Source of the DNA: Catajapyx aquilonaris
Taxonomy: Eukaryota
Assembly (NCBI GenBank): GCA_000934665.2
Contig: KZ538804.1
Coordinates: 1 to 46,659 of the forward strand
Length of the DNA stretch: 46,659 nt
Direction: 5' to 3'
Both the position numbers and the translations under genes were made by a program. The first letter of the stretch is position 1, and the number at the start of each line of letters is the position of its first letter. Shown piece by piece: positions 1-12,900 of the stretch. The notes beneath the pieces were generated by a model. It was given only the letters and a program-made list of their open reading frames with translations, was not told the origin of the DNA and did not search any database.

Positions 1-148
1 TTTGCGCCAGATTCAAATTTCCGAACTTTGACGGCTCGTCCTGGCCTTACCGTTCGTCTCTCAGGAAAACTGCTTATACCCTCGGAATCAGGATTTTATG
101 CCCGATTTTTAGAATCCAACTTGTATTTTGAGTGGAGTGTCCCTTTAA
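1..148. mobile_element. Right end of a putative Kolobok-like non-autonomous DNA transposon, truncated by the window start
   Basis: Ends ...GAGTGGAGTGTCCCT (to 144) followed by TTAA (145-148). The reverse strand reads TTAA|AGGGACAC, matching the TTAA target and 5'-RR terminus of Kolobok elements. Sequence changes abruptly to AT-rich repeat after 148. The left end is not visible, so the TIR pair is unverified. Confidence 0.45.
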
Positions 149-1020
149 ATGCACGCAGAATATAATATTTTCCTTTGCGTTTTCAATATTCAAATGCAAT
201 TATTCATAAATCGTTTATGGCAATATCAATTTTGCAATATCGATGTTTTGTCAAATGTCAATATTTTGTATGTCGATTTTATGCAATGTCCAAATATCAA
301 TATTATAGAAATATCGTTACACATTAATTTTTAAATGCACACAATATAGCAGATTTTCATTTGTGTTTTCAATATTCAATGGCAATCTTTGATAAATCGT
401 TTATTACAATATCGATGTTTCGTCATGTTGATATTTTTGTATATCAATTTGATGCAACATCGATTGTGAAATATCGATGTTTTGTCATGTCATATTTTGG
501 CATATCGATTTTATGCGATATCTACAATAATGATGTTTTGATATGTCGATATTTTTGCGTATCGATTTTATGCAACATCGATTGTGAAATATCGATGTTT
601 TGCAGTGTCAATATCATGACATATCGATATTTTTGCGTATCGATTTTATGCAACATTGATTGTGAAATATCGATGTTTTGCAGTGTCAATATCATGACAT
701 ATCGATATTTTTGCGTATCGATTTTATGCAACATTGATTGTGAAATATCGATGTTTTGCAGTGTCCATATGACATATCGATATTTTTGCGTATCGATTTT
801 ATGAAACATCGATTGTGAAATATCGATGTTTCGTCATGTCATATTTTGGCATATCGATTTTATGCTATATCTGCAATAATGATGTTTTGTTGTGTTGATT
901 TTTTGCGTATCGATTTTATTCCACATCGATTGTGAAATGTCGATGTTTTGTCGTGTCAATATTTTGACATCGATTTTCAGAAATATCGATTTGTCGTGTA
1001 TCGATTATCGATATATTTGG
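149..1020. repeat. Complex ATCGAT-rich tandem repeat: ~19-20 bp subunits grouped into a 78-bp unit
   Basis: ATATCGATGTTTTGCAGTGTC recurs at 589, 667 and 745 (78-bp period). Block ~456-590 recurs at ~807-940. A degenerate ~185-bp duplication starts at ~147 and ~333 (AAATGCAC...TTTTCAATATTCAA...ATAAATCGTTTAT). Confidence 0.92.
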
Positions 1021-4000
1021 ATATGATTTCCTGCAGACAAATTGCCTCCTACAGCCACGAAGATTTGGTAATAAAATTGGGCGATAATTTTGCGCATATT
1101 TTAGGCTCGATTCGTCGCAGCAGCAGACCGGGTACTATAATAATAAAACCCGGATGATGGCTTCCCGTCAGGTGCAAAAGATCGTGTACTTCGCTTGAAA
1201 AGCAGGATCTTCCTGGTCCTACCGTGATGGGGAGAGCCAGGGATAAATTGGCAGGCGTTAACCGGCTAAGTGCTTCGCCAAATTTAATTAGCTGGCAAGT
1301 TTGTCCTTAGCCCCAGTTTCCGCCATGACCGACCTTGCCAAGCCAACCAATGCGGAAGCAGGATGTTTGCTTACGTCATAACCGGTTTTTTTTTTAAACT
1401 TCCAGTGTGGGAAACTGGGAATGTATGCCAAGGTTGTATCAACATGTTCGGAACGTTCCGGTTCGTCCCCGTTTGAACATCCCGAACTTCTATCCTGAAA
1501 TCGATTGGTGTATAAATCGGCCGAATTTGGCCCGTATCCAACGGTACAAAACTATCGAAAAGCGTCGCTCATAACAGCTGTCATCGTCCGCAAAACATGA
1601 CCAATTCCGACTGTCAAAATGTGGCCTAGACTTGACACCTCCTGTGCCACATCGATGACAATACAACTGCCAAAAATTATTTCTGCCGACTGTCACAGAC
1701 ATCTACGTTTTTCGGGTGGCCGTGTGTGTCTAGGGGGCACCCAGACGATATACTCATTGGTGTTAGTCAGATTTGCGACCCAGACGACGGTACTGTCAAA
1801 GTGGGATTTGGCGTGGACACCATCCTGCTGGCCAAGTTTGTCAATTAAGCCGGACTTTGTGGCAGGAGGATGACATGTTGCCCCGGAGTTTCCACTATAG
1901 AGAGGGTGATGGGGGTTTTGGGTGCAGCCTCCGCAAGGCTTCATCACATCAGTGCCACTCACTCATGAACATTTCATTCCCGGGCAGGCCTAAATTCATT
2001 AGGCCCATGGGCCGAGCGGTTCCGCTGACAGCTCACGCACCCACACATTTTTCGTCAAAGCGACGACCAGTCTGGTGGTGGTGGGGAGGCTAGGACCGAG
2101 TGCTGCCCAATTATTCGGGTGTGGTAACGCCCGGGTCGTGTCCGGGGCGCCAATATTTATGACATCTGATCTATCTCAATCGGGCGTCAAAAGAGCCGCG
2201 ACGGAATGTCATGGACGCGACACCACGGCTCACCAAATTTAATAAAATACTAGGAATTGGTAATGGGAAGTTAGCGTGGCCTGCCTGTAGTTCCTCCACC
2301 CATCCGCCAGAGGCGCTGCCTATTGCGCATGCGCAGGACGTGGGCCAATGGAGAGCGTTGAGGTAACAATGTGCGGCACACCAATCAGAATGCTTCTCCA
2401 AACGACTAATTATTATACAGGGTGACCGTAATGTCTGTATGGACACATAGGCACACATATTTTTACCTTGTGTCCAGACTGTACCGTCATCCTGTAGATT
2501 GTGACTAATGTGGACAATATTCGGTGATTTACCTGAATATGGAGGGACACCAGCGAAACAAAATCTCCTTACCTGTAAAGATAGGAAAATATATGTTAAC
2601 GATGTATTTTTTTACATGCTGTATTTTTATACATCAGTGTTGCCATAGGGCAACGATACTTTTGAGTGCAGAGTGGACCGAGGGCAACAGTGGACTGGCC
2701 ATTGTCGAATTACATGTAATGTATTTACTTACACCAGTGAATATAATCCTGCGTGGGTGACTGCCCCGAGCAAAATGCAATTAACGTTCATTCGCGCGGC
2801 AACCAGGGTTTTTAAAGAAGATGGCGCCAGATCAGGCCTGCCATTATTCTATGGACCGGATCATGACTGATGTAAATCGTCTCTCTTAAATGACTTTCCA
2901 GTCGCTTCCTCTCATATATTCAGATGGATCCCGCAGAATTATCCGGGATTTCCATTAATTTGAATGATTGGATTGCTACAGATTCCTTGCATATCTCTGC
3001 GTACCTTCGGGATCAAAACGTTACAGTAACTCGTGAAATTAAATTAAAAATAATTGCTAATTTCAAGTTTGTTTTTTTCGGACCAATATTGAGCAAAAAA
3101 ATAGAGTGTGGGGATCCACTTTGGTCGGAGTGAGTAGTGGTTTTGGTGGTCCAGCGAAAGGAGAGGCTGCGAGATTGGGATGATCAGTCCCAACTCCGGA
3201 GAGCGGCTCCCTGGTACCAAAAAATTCCTGGCAAAACTCTGCGGGCAATTTTTCGCTCCTGAGGTTGCTAATGGCATTTAGACAAGGTGGCGGAAAAAGG
3301 GGTGGGCCGACGCCAAGTCACGTCGGGGGACTGAGAGTTCCAGCTCGATTGGATTTTCCTGTACGTCTCTACGTGACCGAGTACGCTGCCTTTTCCTCCC
3401 CCCATTCCAACCATTGCGGAAACTTTTTTTTTTCCGAAAAAAAATGAGAAGGAAAAAAAAAAACGAAAATGAAATAAAGGATAAAATGGATGTGGCTGAT
3501 GAAAGTGCTGCAATTTTTTTTAAATATATTTACACTCTATCTGGACCTATAGATGTGAATCATTATCTAGTGTAACACATCAGCTTTATGAAACAGTAAT
3601 TTCCTGCTGTTGCGATTACTTTTAAAGTAATATTTCAGGATGCAAACTCGGATATCCATAACCATTTGCAAAATTTGAGTTTTTAATTGGGTTTTGCCTG
3701 CCAATACGTCGAGTCTAATTACAAAGTTGGATAACGAGGCCTACAGTGTGACATAATATTGGTTCAAAGACACGTTAAAGGCACCAAATGCAATGTAAAT
3801 GTTTAACTGAGGCACGAAAAAATTGTGTTTAATTATTAATATTGCGCATGATATTAAGATAATTATACGATACAAAACAACCCGAGAGTGTTTGTGTAAA
3901 GGTCAAAAAAGTGTCTTCTATTTTATTCGATAGAATCCACATTTAAAGCCACCGAAATCAACAAAAGTATCCATAAAACAAACCTGGTAGGCCTCAAACT

Positions 4001-6420
4001 ATTGGTTTTTAAAACTCAATATGTTGCGCATGGTTTTTATACTGAAACCTTCACAAGTTTTAATTACGCAACCCTCATATCATTACAGCGAATAACCAAC
4101 AGCCGGTTCTATTAGCTTTGATGGGTTTTTCAATACTTTTATTGCGTTTTGGATTTTTAAATGCAGCACAGCCTGATAAACAATCGCATTTTAAAGTTGC
4201 ACTTCAATGCATGACATTTGCCTAATTGAAGGATTAGTCTGAACTTTTTCGTGGTAATTTTGGTTTATGCACAAACATTTCTTACTCTAACCGTTAGAGT
4301 GAAAATGTTGGTGAAAAATTTTTCGCCAATATTTTCACATATGATTTTTTTGTGTTACTTGGTGTTAGATTTAATCTGATCATATCTGAATGAGTATGAG
4401 CCATCAATATTTCGGGAATGAAAATCAATCTCAAATTTTGAGCGAAAATTAAAAGTCAAGTACGGAGAAGCCAAAATTATGGTATTTCTCAAATTGAACC
4501 AGAAATTTATAATTTCCATGGCAGTGTCAGTTTCGCTGGTTTTACCCCAAATTTTTTGAAAAATTTCACTGCACTCACAAATCGCATTAGTCCGCACAAA
4601 CTAGTACGAGGAAACCTAACAACAAACGAACAATATATTTTCCCCCCCAAAAAAGACGATAATTCCTCCTGTCATCCTCACATGCCCGGAGCATCAGCAA
4701 ATCGGCCTATTAATCGCAATATAACCGCTCGAATAACTTACAACTTCACTACTGCAAATGTTTTAAAAAAATTTAGGCCAAATTTTCCTCCCTAAAAAAA
4801 ATCCAATTCTGTAGAAACCTGGCCAGCATCAAACCCTCTCTCTCTCTGGTTGGTTAGCCAGTAGGGTCTAATGACTTGGGAGTCTCCAGGTGATTGCGTA
4901 TTTCTCTCCGGTGCTCCACAAGTCAATGGGACCATTGGGCCCGGAACGTTCCGGGCATGAAAAGGCCTCCAAATTGGGCCAAACCCCGTGACATATCCGG
5001 ACTCGCACACACAAAAAAGAGAGAGGAAAACCCATCTCTTGTGATTAGCAGACATCAGTGTCCATCTATTTTCTGAGCTCAACTTTTTCTCGGACACCAA
5101 GCATTTTTTTTTTGTTTTTAATTCTCTCCTGAAAACCTCCCCGGAGTTCCGGATCGCGCCGATCCAATTACCCTCCGCCCCCATGCTTTTTTTTCCGGAG
5201 CTATGTTCCGGAGAAAGGCTCCAAAAATCTACTTCAACATCGATTTCGACCAACTCACGTCAAGAACCCGCTCGGGTTTTTTTTAATTGGACGCGACATG
5301 TTACACACCTCGTTTTAAACAAAAAATGAAGAAACTAAGTAACATTAGATCCGACCTGCTTACATGCATCCAGATGGGTTCTTCCGGGAAAACCACGGCT
5401 CGTAAACCCCCCCTTCAGGTTGCAATGGAATAATATTGCAGCCATATCAATGCGCAATTACGATGCAATTCGGCGGGTATGCCTAAGTGCATGACCTCGT
5501 AAAACTTGCCGCCAGCGGTTTCGCTCCAAACAGTTAAAGCCGGTTGAATATATTCAACGACCTTTAACCGGTCATTAGATATAGGAGCAAGTTTCTTATC
5601 CGTTGCTTTTATTTCATTAACCGACTGTTTGCACACACCCAAAAAAAGAAACCGTGGTTTTAAAAAAAAATGATTGGACCTGTGTGCTCTAGCAGGAGTA
5701 ATGATGCGGATTGCTCTTTACGAGTACCCATGAAATGCAGTTATGCCCCTGCAAGAATTTTGAGAGACCGCGGTAATTTACGGACGCTTCCCATTAACAT
5801 AGTTGTGGACGACTTGACTGCGCACGTGTCAAAGATGGCTCGCTTTTTACGGCCCCGCTTTATCAGGGGGAGGCCCCCCGGAAAAATTATTATCCAGCCC
5901 CGTAATATACGGCATTCATTGTGCATTTTACATCTAAAAATGCAGTGGGGCCATGTTCTTCTCGGGCTGATTGCATCAACCGTTAAAAAAGTGCCCATTA
6001 AAGTTAAAACTCGGTTTAGAACCGGGCTGATATAGGATGGAACTAAACCAGAGCGGACTGGAACGTTCCGGTACAGCCCAGAGTGTGGAAATGTCACCAA
6101 TGTTGTCCAGCTAACAAACCGTCAGTTACTATACATACTTAACCCGAGGTCGTAAAAAGCCCCTGACGCGCTCAAATTTAATTGCCGGTTAGCGCAAGTT
6201 CCCCGCAATCGCGCTGTGAATGGACGCCGTAAACGTATAAAAGCAAGCAGTACCCAACGCATTGCATGCACTCCCGCCGCCAACCATAAAACGTACCCCA
6301 CAAAAAAAAATTGGGGCGAAAATGGACCAGACACACAATCGGAATGTGTCCTCCAAATATTCTCGTTTATACAGTACAATCCTATCCGCCATCTATGTGA
6401 GAAATGTCGTACTGCGGTTT

Positions 6421-6761
6421 TTTAAAGACCATGTTTTTCTCATCGTCTGTTCGTCTGTCTGTCTGTGGACAGGTATCAGGGCCTAAACCTCAAGATATAG
6501 CAACAAACGGTTTTCGGATTCAGATTCACCGTGATCAAAATATGTTCCACGGTCAACTTCCGGTGACCAACCACTTCCGGTTTTCCGGGTTCACTCTATA
6601 CGCCACAGACAGATTACCGTCCAAATTAGATTCCTTGGAAACGGAAAATGAGACTTATAGAATCGCATCGTATCATATCGTATCGGATTTAGTCAGCCTC
6701 ATTTCCCGCCTCTCAACGAGAAAGTCTACTCGAATCACGCTCGCGTGATTTACGAATCGTG
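6421..6761 (+). mobile_element. DINE-1/HINE-like (non-autonomous Helentron) element, copy 1
   Basis: Has a 5' TTTTTCTC subterminal repeat remnant, a (GTCY)n tract, and the family core GTGGACAGGTATCAGG...TTTTCGGATTC...GGTCAACTTCCGG. The 3' end has GAGAAAGTCTACTCG and the stem-loop AATCACGC-TC-GCGTGATT (6733-6750), then a T run. No TSD. Homologous to three other copies in the window. Confidence 0.8.
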
Positions 6762-6949
6762 TTTTTTTTTTTTTTTGCCAAATTTTGTCCCTTTGTTTGC
6801 CCGAAGCCGGCACTCGGATAGATCCAAAGATGTGACTCGCAAAAAACAAAACAAAAATCTTCAAGTCCCGCCACCTCTCGAGAAATGCGAATTTCAGCAA
6901 CAATTAGAAGCGCATTTCATCGGATGGTAAAGAGCCCCCCCCCCCCCCC

Positions 6950-7026
6950 NNNNNNNNNNNNNNNNNNNNNNNNNNNNNNNNNNNNNNNNNNNNNNNNNNN
7001 NNNNNNNNNNNNNNNNNNNNNNNNNN
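6950..7026. other. Assembly gap (77 N) between a poly-C and a poly-G run
   Basis: N run seen directly; C run 6935-6949, G run 7027-7040. Confidence 0.99.
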
Positions 7027-9910
7027 GGGGGGGGGGGGGGCGGGGGCGGGGGAGGTTGGGGCAAAACACGTGCCGAGGAAGGGTAATATCAGCTTGAAAA
7101 AAAAAAATGGTTTTTCGTGTCTCTATCTGCTTGAGTTTAGGAATTCCACATACATCTAGCACCGTATCCAATTCTGAAGCATGCAGTGGCAGAAGGAAGA
7201 TCATAAAAGGAAGAGCCCTAACTCCATTACATCCTCCAAGGCAGGAGAGACGGGGTTGAATCCTCCTGCCTGCAGCCTGGGGAACTCGCCATAAATGTAT
7301 TTCCATTTTTTTTGCCTGAATCCCCCAAGTCAGTACGGCGCAAATCCAGCCTGCAGGACACATTTTATTGCATTACCTCACTGCTGAGTATGTTCCCGTA
7401 CGTGCATTATTCCGAAAAGACACAAGTACGTATACGTTTTACCACCCAAAAAAACAAGCACACAAATCCTTGTTTCCAGAGATTAATCAAATCATGTCTG
7501 TTGCTCGATTTGATTGAATTAGTTTTTTTTAAGTCGATAGCTTTTTGGATAGACACCTGGAGACCTGTTGGTGTAATGCACTTTGGCGATGGTGTAACTG
7601 CGACCTGCGGCTTTTCCTGGCTGACTAGCTGGCCTGAGGGGATTCACAACCAGACTTGACAACTCGATTACAACTTGCTAATCCCATAAAGGACCATACC
7701 AAGCTCAATCTGACAACAAAACTCTCCGGATTTTATCGCCCTGTAGTATCACAATGTGTGTAAAGAAAGTTGACCTTGTCCCATCCCCTGAAATTACGAA
7801 ACACCCTGTACAGAAAAGATTCCCTCGCATGTGTACATGTGGGCGTGGAATGGGAAGAGAGAGAGGCTAATTGGTCCTCACGCTCTGGCACGCAGGGATA
7901 ACCATCTTGGGGCCTGGGCTTGTATGCAAATCATTTACTCCTTGGGCAGGAGAAGCCTCCATTTGCATGAGCAGGCACGAAGGAGGTCACACTGGTCACC
8001 TCAGTAGATGCACCAAAAATATTTCCTTCCCCCATCTCTCACGCGACCTGTCTTGTGCGTTATACCCACAGGATGGGTTGCACCTCACAAGATAGATCGT
8101 TTACTCGGGGGTGTACCGGATGTTATCAATTAAAAGCGTGGCATGCAGTTTTTGCGTTCAATTGAATATACACAAAAATTTTATACAATCAAACTGTGCC
8201 CTTCACCCTTTGCTCTCTTTAGCCTTTTGGCGTCCTGCGTGCCAGCCTGTGAACGGGTATTAACTAAGCTTGGATGACAGCATTGTCTGCAGAACTCGAA
8301 AAATCTTTGGCCCGGATCTTTCCTTCAAAAGGCTGGATTGCAGGCAAGAAAAAACTTTCAGCCGGCATTTTCTTTTGTCACTCAACGCACACAAAAAAAA
8401 ACATCGTAGGTCGGGGAGTGTTGAAAGAAAAAGGGTGTGTTTATAGTCCAACACAAGTAATTCAGCTGTGTATATACACACACACACACACACCAAAAAA
8501 AACGCGAGAAAATAAAGCTGTCGGCAGCAGTTGTGTTTCCGGGCTTCACACGTCACAACCAAGTATTTGGGGAACGAGTGTTACGCAAGGAAGCGCACAC
8601 GACAGTTGCGGAAAAGTTGTCAACTTGTGCGTCGCCCAAAATGCATGAAAAGAGAAGCCCATCATGCAAGTTGAGAGAGGCGCATTCCGGTGTGTCTATT
8701 GAGAGAACGCAGCATCCGAAAGGCACGACCCTCTTGCCTGCAAAGCCATCAAAAGGCACAATGAGGAGCACATACATGAGTGTGAGTGTGTGTGCTGCCC
8801 TTGGAGGACAGAAATGTTTGCTTGCATAATGAAGCACCCTGTGCAGCTTCCTCATTAGTCCAAATCCACTCCGGAGTGTGACACCTGCTAAGTTCCTTTG
8901 ACACAAGCGGGGGTCCTGTAATTTGTGGGCAGGACAGCATCTGCGGATTATCTCCCTTTTGCCTTTCCCCCCCATCCCAAAATCTCTTTCTTCTTTCCAG
9001 GTGGTCCTCCCGTAATCTTCCAGTGCGGGAGTGGACAGCATTCAGGAAGGACCCGTGGCTCGGCATTCAAACGGGCCCGATTTGCCAAAATTGTCTCCTC
9101 TGAGAGGACCACAGGGGGGTTGTATAAAAACCAATCCGGCTGCCAGTTTCAAGGGATGATTACTATGGTCTGGCCCCCCCTCTCTTTTTGGAAGGGGGGG
9201 AAAGGATGGTCCTCATCTGCTGCTGAAGGGGACCCCCGAATTTATGGGTGGGCCCGGGGGTCTCTCCATCAAGGTGGACACAAGAGATGCGTCATTTGCA
9301 TCCGCGTGTTTGTTTGGATTTGGAAAAGGAAGGAAGGAAGTCAGTTTATTCTTAAACAAAGACGCCCTGCGGCTGCTGACTCTCTCTACAAAAACACTTA
9401 TTTCGTCTCCCTCTCTTCAAAGCTCAGAGGGTTTTTTTCTGGTTCCTTTTTTTTGGGGGGGGGGGATGCAGGAGAGAGAAAGGGGGGCTTCCTCTTCTGC
9501 TCGTTTCTTTAAGACTTGTTTGTTCTGGCTTCCATTTTGGCTCCCTTGTCGCGGACCAGACACAGCCAGCTGGAAGTTGCGTCCATTCTTGTAACGTTAA
9601 AGCGCCAAAAAAAAGAGGAGTCGAGGAATTGCATTGAAGTTCGTTTAAGTGCTGTGTTTCATTGGAAATTACTCGTAATGTTGCTAACTTTCGGTGATAC
9701 TTACGCGGCGCTTTTTTAATAATTGCATTAATCCTACGCCCACATTTTGCTACAGTGTGATCATAACTACTAATTGCAAAAAAAAATCATTCGTACAATT
9801 TTTAAACTAGAAAAAATTGGCAAAAGGCTGGCGGGCCTGAGGTTGATTAATTGAATTTTAAACTCATCTACTTGAGCGACTAATTCGTCATAATTTACTC
9901 CGGATCAGAA

Positions 9911-9924
9911 TGGACCACCCTGTA
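9911..9924. mobile_element. Solo right terminus of a CAGGGTGGTCCA-type MITE
   Basis: TGGACCACCCTG|TA is identical to the right end plus TA of the MITE at 17351-17364. No matching left terminus was found upstream. Confidence 0.4.
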
Positions 9925-12900
9925 TATTTGGCATGCCTTTTATGTAATGAATCAGTGTTGTTATTATTATTGCGCACTGTAACAAGGCAAAATATTCGTG
10001 CAAATGTGGCGTGGTTAAATTTTAAATTGACGCTGTTATTTACATATACATACATATTTCCCTGCAGCCATCATTTTGTTCGATGCATTATTTGATATCG
10101 ATAAAACCAGTAATAGCGGCTGCACTTTTTCGGTCATTATAATTGCGAGCCTTTAATAGACATGAAAGAGAGATGTTGAAAAGCCCGAAATTAACGTTAA
10201 ATACAGAACAAACCACGCTTTGAAATAGGCCTAATTACTAATGTCCAACCGGGGCCAGTATTCCAACAATGCAATTCATCCAGTACCTATGCACTCTATA
10301 TAGCAACTAATTTTGTACTATTAAGCTCAAAAATGTTTTTGCATCCGGTTAAATCCCCGAATATTTAGCATTACATGCCGCATTGCCGTTTTCCAAGCGG
10401 CGTCACAACATTATCAGTTCATGAGTTATTGGGGTTTACTGCCCCGGAAAAAAATCATTGCGTGTCCTTTGGGAACAAAAATAACCAGCAATTACATCCA
10501 ATTACCCAGCAGGACGGTAGGCTGTCCATAAAACAAATTTTATACACTATTAACGATGATTTCATGTGCCAAACGGATCGGTGTATATGCCCCATACACA
10601 ATCAGTTATTCACTCCAATTCTTTTTATCAGCGCATAAATATCGGAAGCCAAATAACATTTAAGCTGTTTGATTACTCCGCAAACACAAAGGGACGTCAT
10701 ACGCCGTTTTTTGTATATAAACCACCACACTGCTGCATGTACTCATTGCCATTCCGACACATGAATCGCGTGCCAAAATTTACACTGCGAAAATATGGGC
10801 AGGATTCAAAATCATATTTGATTTCTCCCAGGGACTGCGGCTGTGCTGCATACAACAGGCTGTTCCATGCAGTGTATTGTTTGCTTCCAGTCCAAATATG
10901 GTGCATGTTGCGCTCATGTGGGTCAAGTACTATTGGCAGCAGACGTCGCTCACGCTCGAAAATTTTTGGGGAGAGAATCAGACCGCACACACACACACAC
11001 AAAAAAAAAATGCCCGCAGCCATCTGCATGGATCCTGCAAGATCGAGCTCAAAATGTATTACACGTTGGTGCACCATCATAGTTTTTTTTTCAATGGTCC
11101 GATCCAACATATTTCACAGACACATGTCAATAACAAATCACGGCTCGGTTGTAATTGTGTATGACCAGACCCGCATATAATACATATAGGACCATATCCC
11201 TCCAACAACGTCACCTGGGTTTGCGCTGCAATATTTGATTGACTGAATTCGGTGCGACGCGATTACTATGAAACCATCGGAATACTTGCATTTCATTTAT
11301 GTTTTGCCATCACCGCCACCCGAAACGAGCTCGTTTCGAAGCGTAGCCAGAATATTCAGGGCGGTTGACCAAAATCGCCCGCATCGAGTGCTTTAAAATT
11401 TACGGCGGATTAATCTGGGAAAATCTGTACTATTTAGTGCACGGTTATTGTTCGGACATCGCGACCCCGAAATTACTGTATAATACTTTTGTTTAAAAAA
11501 AACGAAGAAAAAAAAGGTCAAAGTAGTACATCGCACTGTAAAGATGCTTCGTGTATATTTTATTTACGTACCTAATTCCGTTTCCTCTTTCGGTTTTCCT
11601 ACTCTTCTTGATTAGATTGTTTAAAGCCGGATTGTGCGGTATACAGTTTCTTGTAAATAATGTAGAAAATCCATGTGGAAAAATCCCTGTAAGGGACACT
11701 GGCCTCGCTGGTATATATAAATGAATAAAAACATTCCTTTGGGAAGAAAAGTATCATTGCACCCGGTTCAATAATTCAATTACCAAATAACGAAAAAAGC
11801 CGTCAAATCAAAGCGAAGAACTCAGTACATTAAATTTAATTGGTCGAGTGCATTTTGAATATAAAATTTACAGTGTTCACTAATCTGACGTTTACAGGAA
11901 AGCAACAATTTAGCAAAATGTACAGTATACACCATGGTAAAAATCAAAGCTTAAAAATTCGTGTCAAATAGGTGGATTAAATTAAACATTCATTGCCATT
12001 TATGAAGCTTCTATGGGGGGAAAAGAGACCAGCACAATAGGAAAACTTTGCTAACTTTAAACATGCCAATTCAGCATTTCCACTGGGTACGATTATCGCA
12101 AACAATGGCATCGCTCCAAAAAGCAGGACTCCCTACCATAATAAAAAAGGAAATATTGGGTGGGACTTTCCATCATTATCCCCGCGGTATTAATTTCAAT
12201 TTAGCTGGGGATGAAGCAGGGTGTGAAACCAGTCGGATCCAATAAGGCGAGGCTTCTCAAATGAAAAGACACACGTACAAGTACAATATGAAACGGTGCC
12301 AGCCGGCGGCGGACACAGAAACTCAGCCGTCTGAATTATGCGATATGTAAAAGCGGAGAACTGCAGGACGGACAAGGCAAATGGATTATCCCTAGAGCTC
12401 ATCACAAAAGCCCCTTTTACCAAGCACCTCAAACTTGCACTTACTGGACCACTGAAGCCAAAATTTCGCAAAGTGCAAAATCCCGGTCTCTCTCAGAAAT
12501 TTCTGTTGTCCCAATGTTTCCCTCGAAACTGCGAATCGCATTAGCAGCAACCAGAGTGAAATATTCACCCCCCCCCCCTCAGATTCGCCTCTGGTGTTTG
12601 ACGAGTCAACCGCGCAAAATCTGTGCAAAATCCGTTGCTCATCGCTTCAACAAGACAAGTTAGAGTATTTTTATCAGCTCCTTGCAGTGATTTCCTCTCT
12701 CTTTTTTTTTGCATACCCTGTACTTCCTTCCAAAACAAGAAGACGGCATAAAAGCCATCCAGGCAGTGCAGCAAAGATCGCAGATGTGCGAAAATTTGCC
12801 TTGCAAAACACGTCTGGTTGTCTGCCGCGAAATTATACCTATCAAGACTCCCCTCATTTACCTAAACACTGAGTGGACCGCAGTATTATTAAGGAAGTCA

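Noticed and set aside
361..809. ORFs with perfect 26-aa repeats on both strands (361..804 +, 522..809 -)
   Set aside because: They are a by-product of the 78-bp DNA repeat, whose length is a multiple of 3; no protein-like context.
149..1020. CRISPR-like appearance of regularly spaced palindromic motifs, also at 35815-36845
   Set aside because: The intervening sequences are themselves repeated rather than unique spacers, there are no cas genes, and the context is eukaryotic.
8925..11180. Longest ORFs in the track (8925..9512, 195 aa; 10566..11180, 204 aa)
   Set aside because: They run through homopolymers and (CA)n tracts, have random-like composition, and show no recognisable domain.
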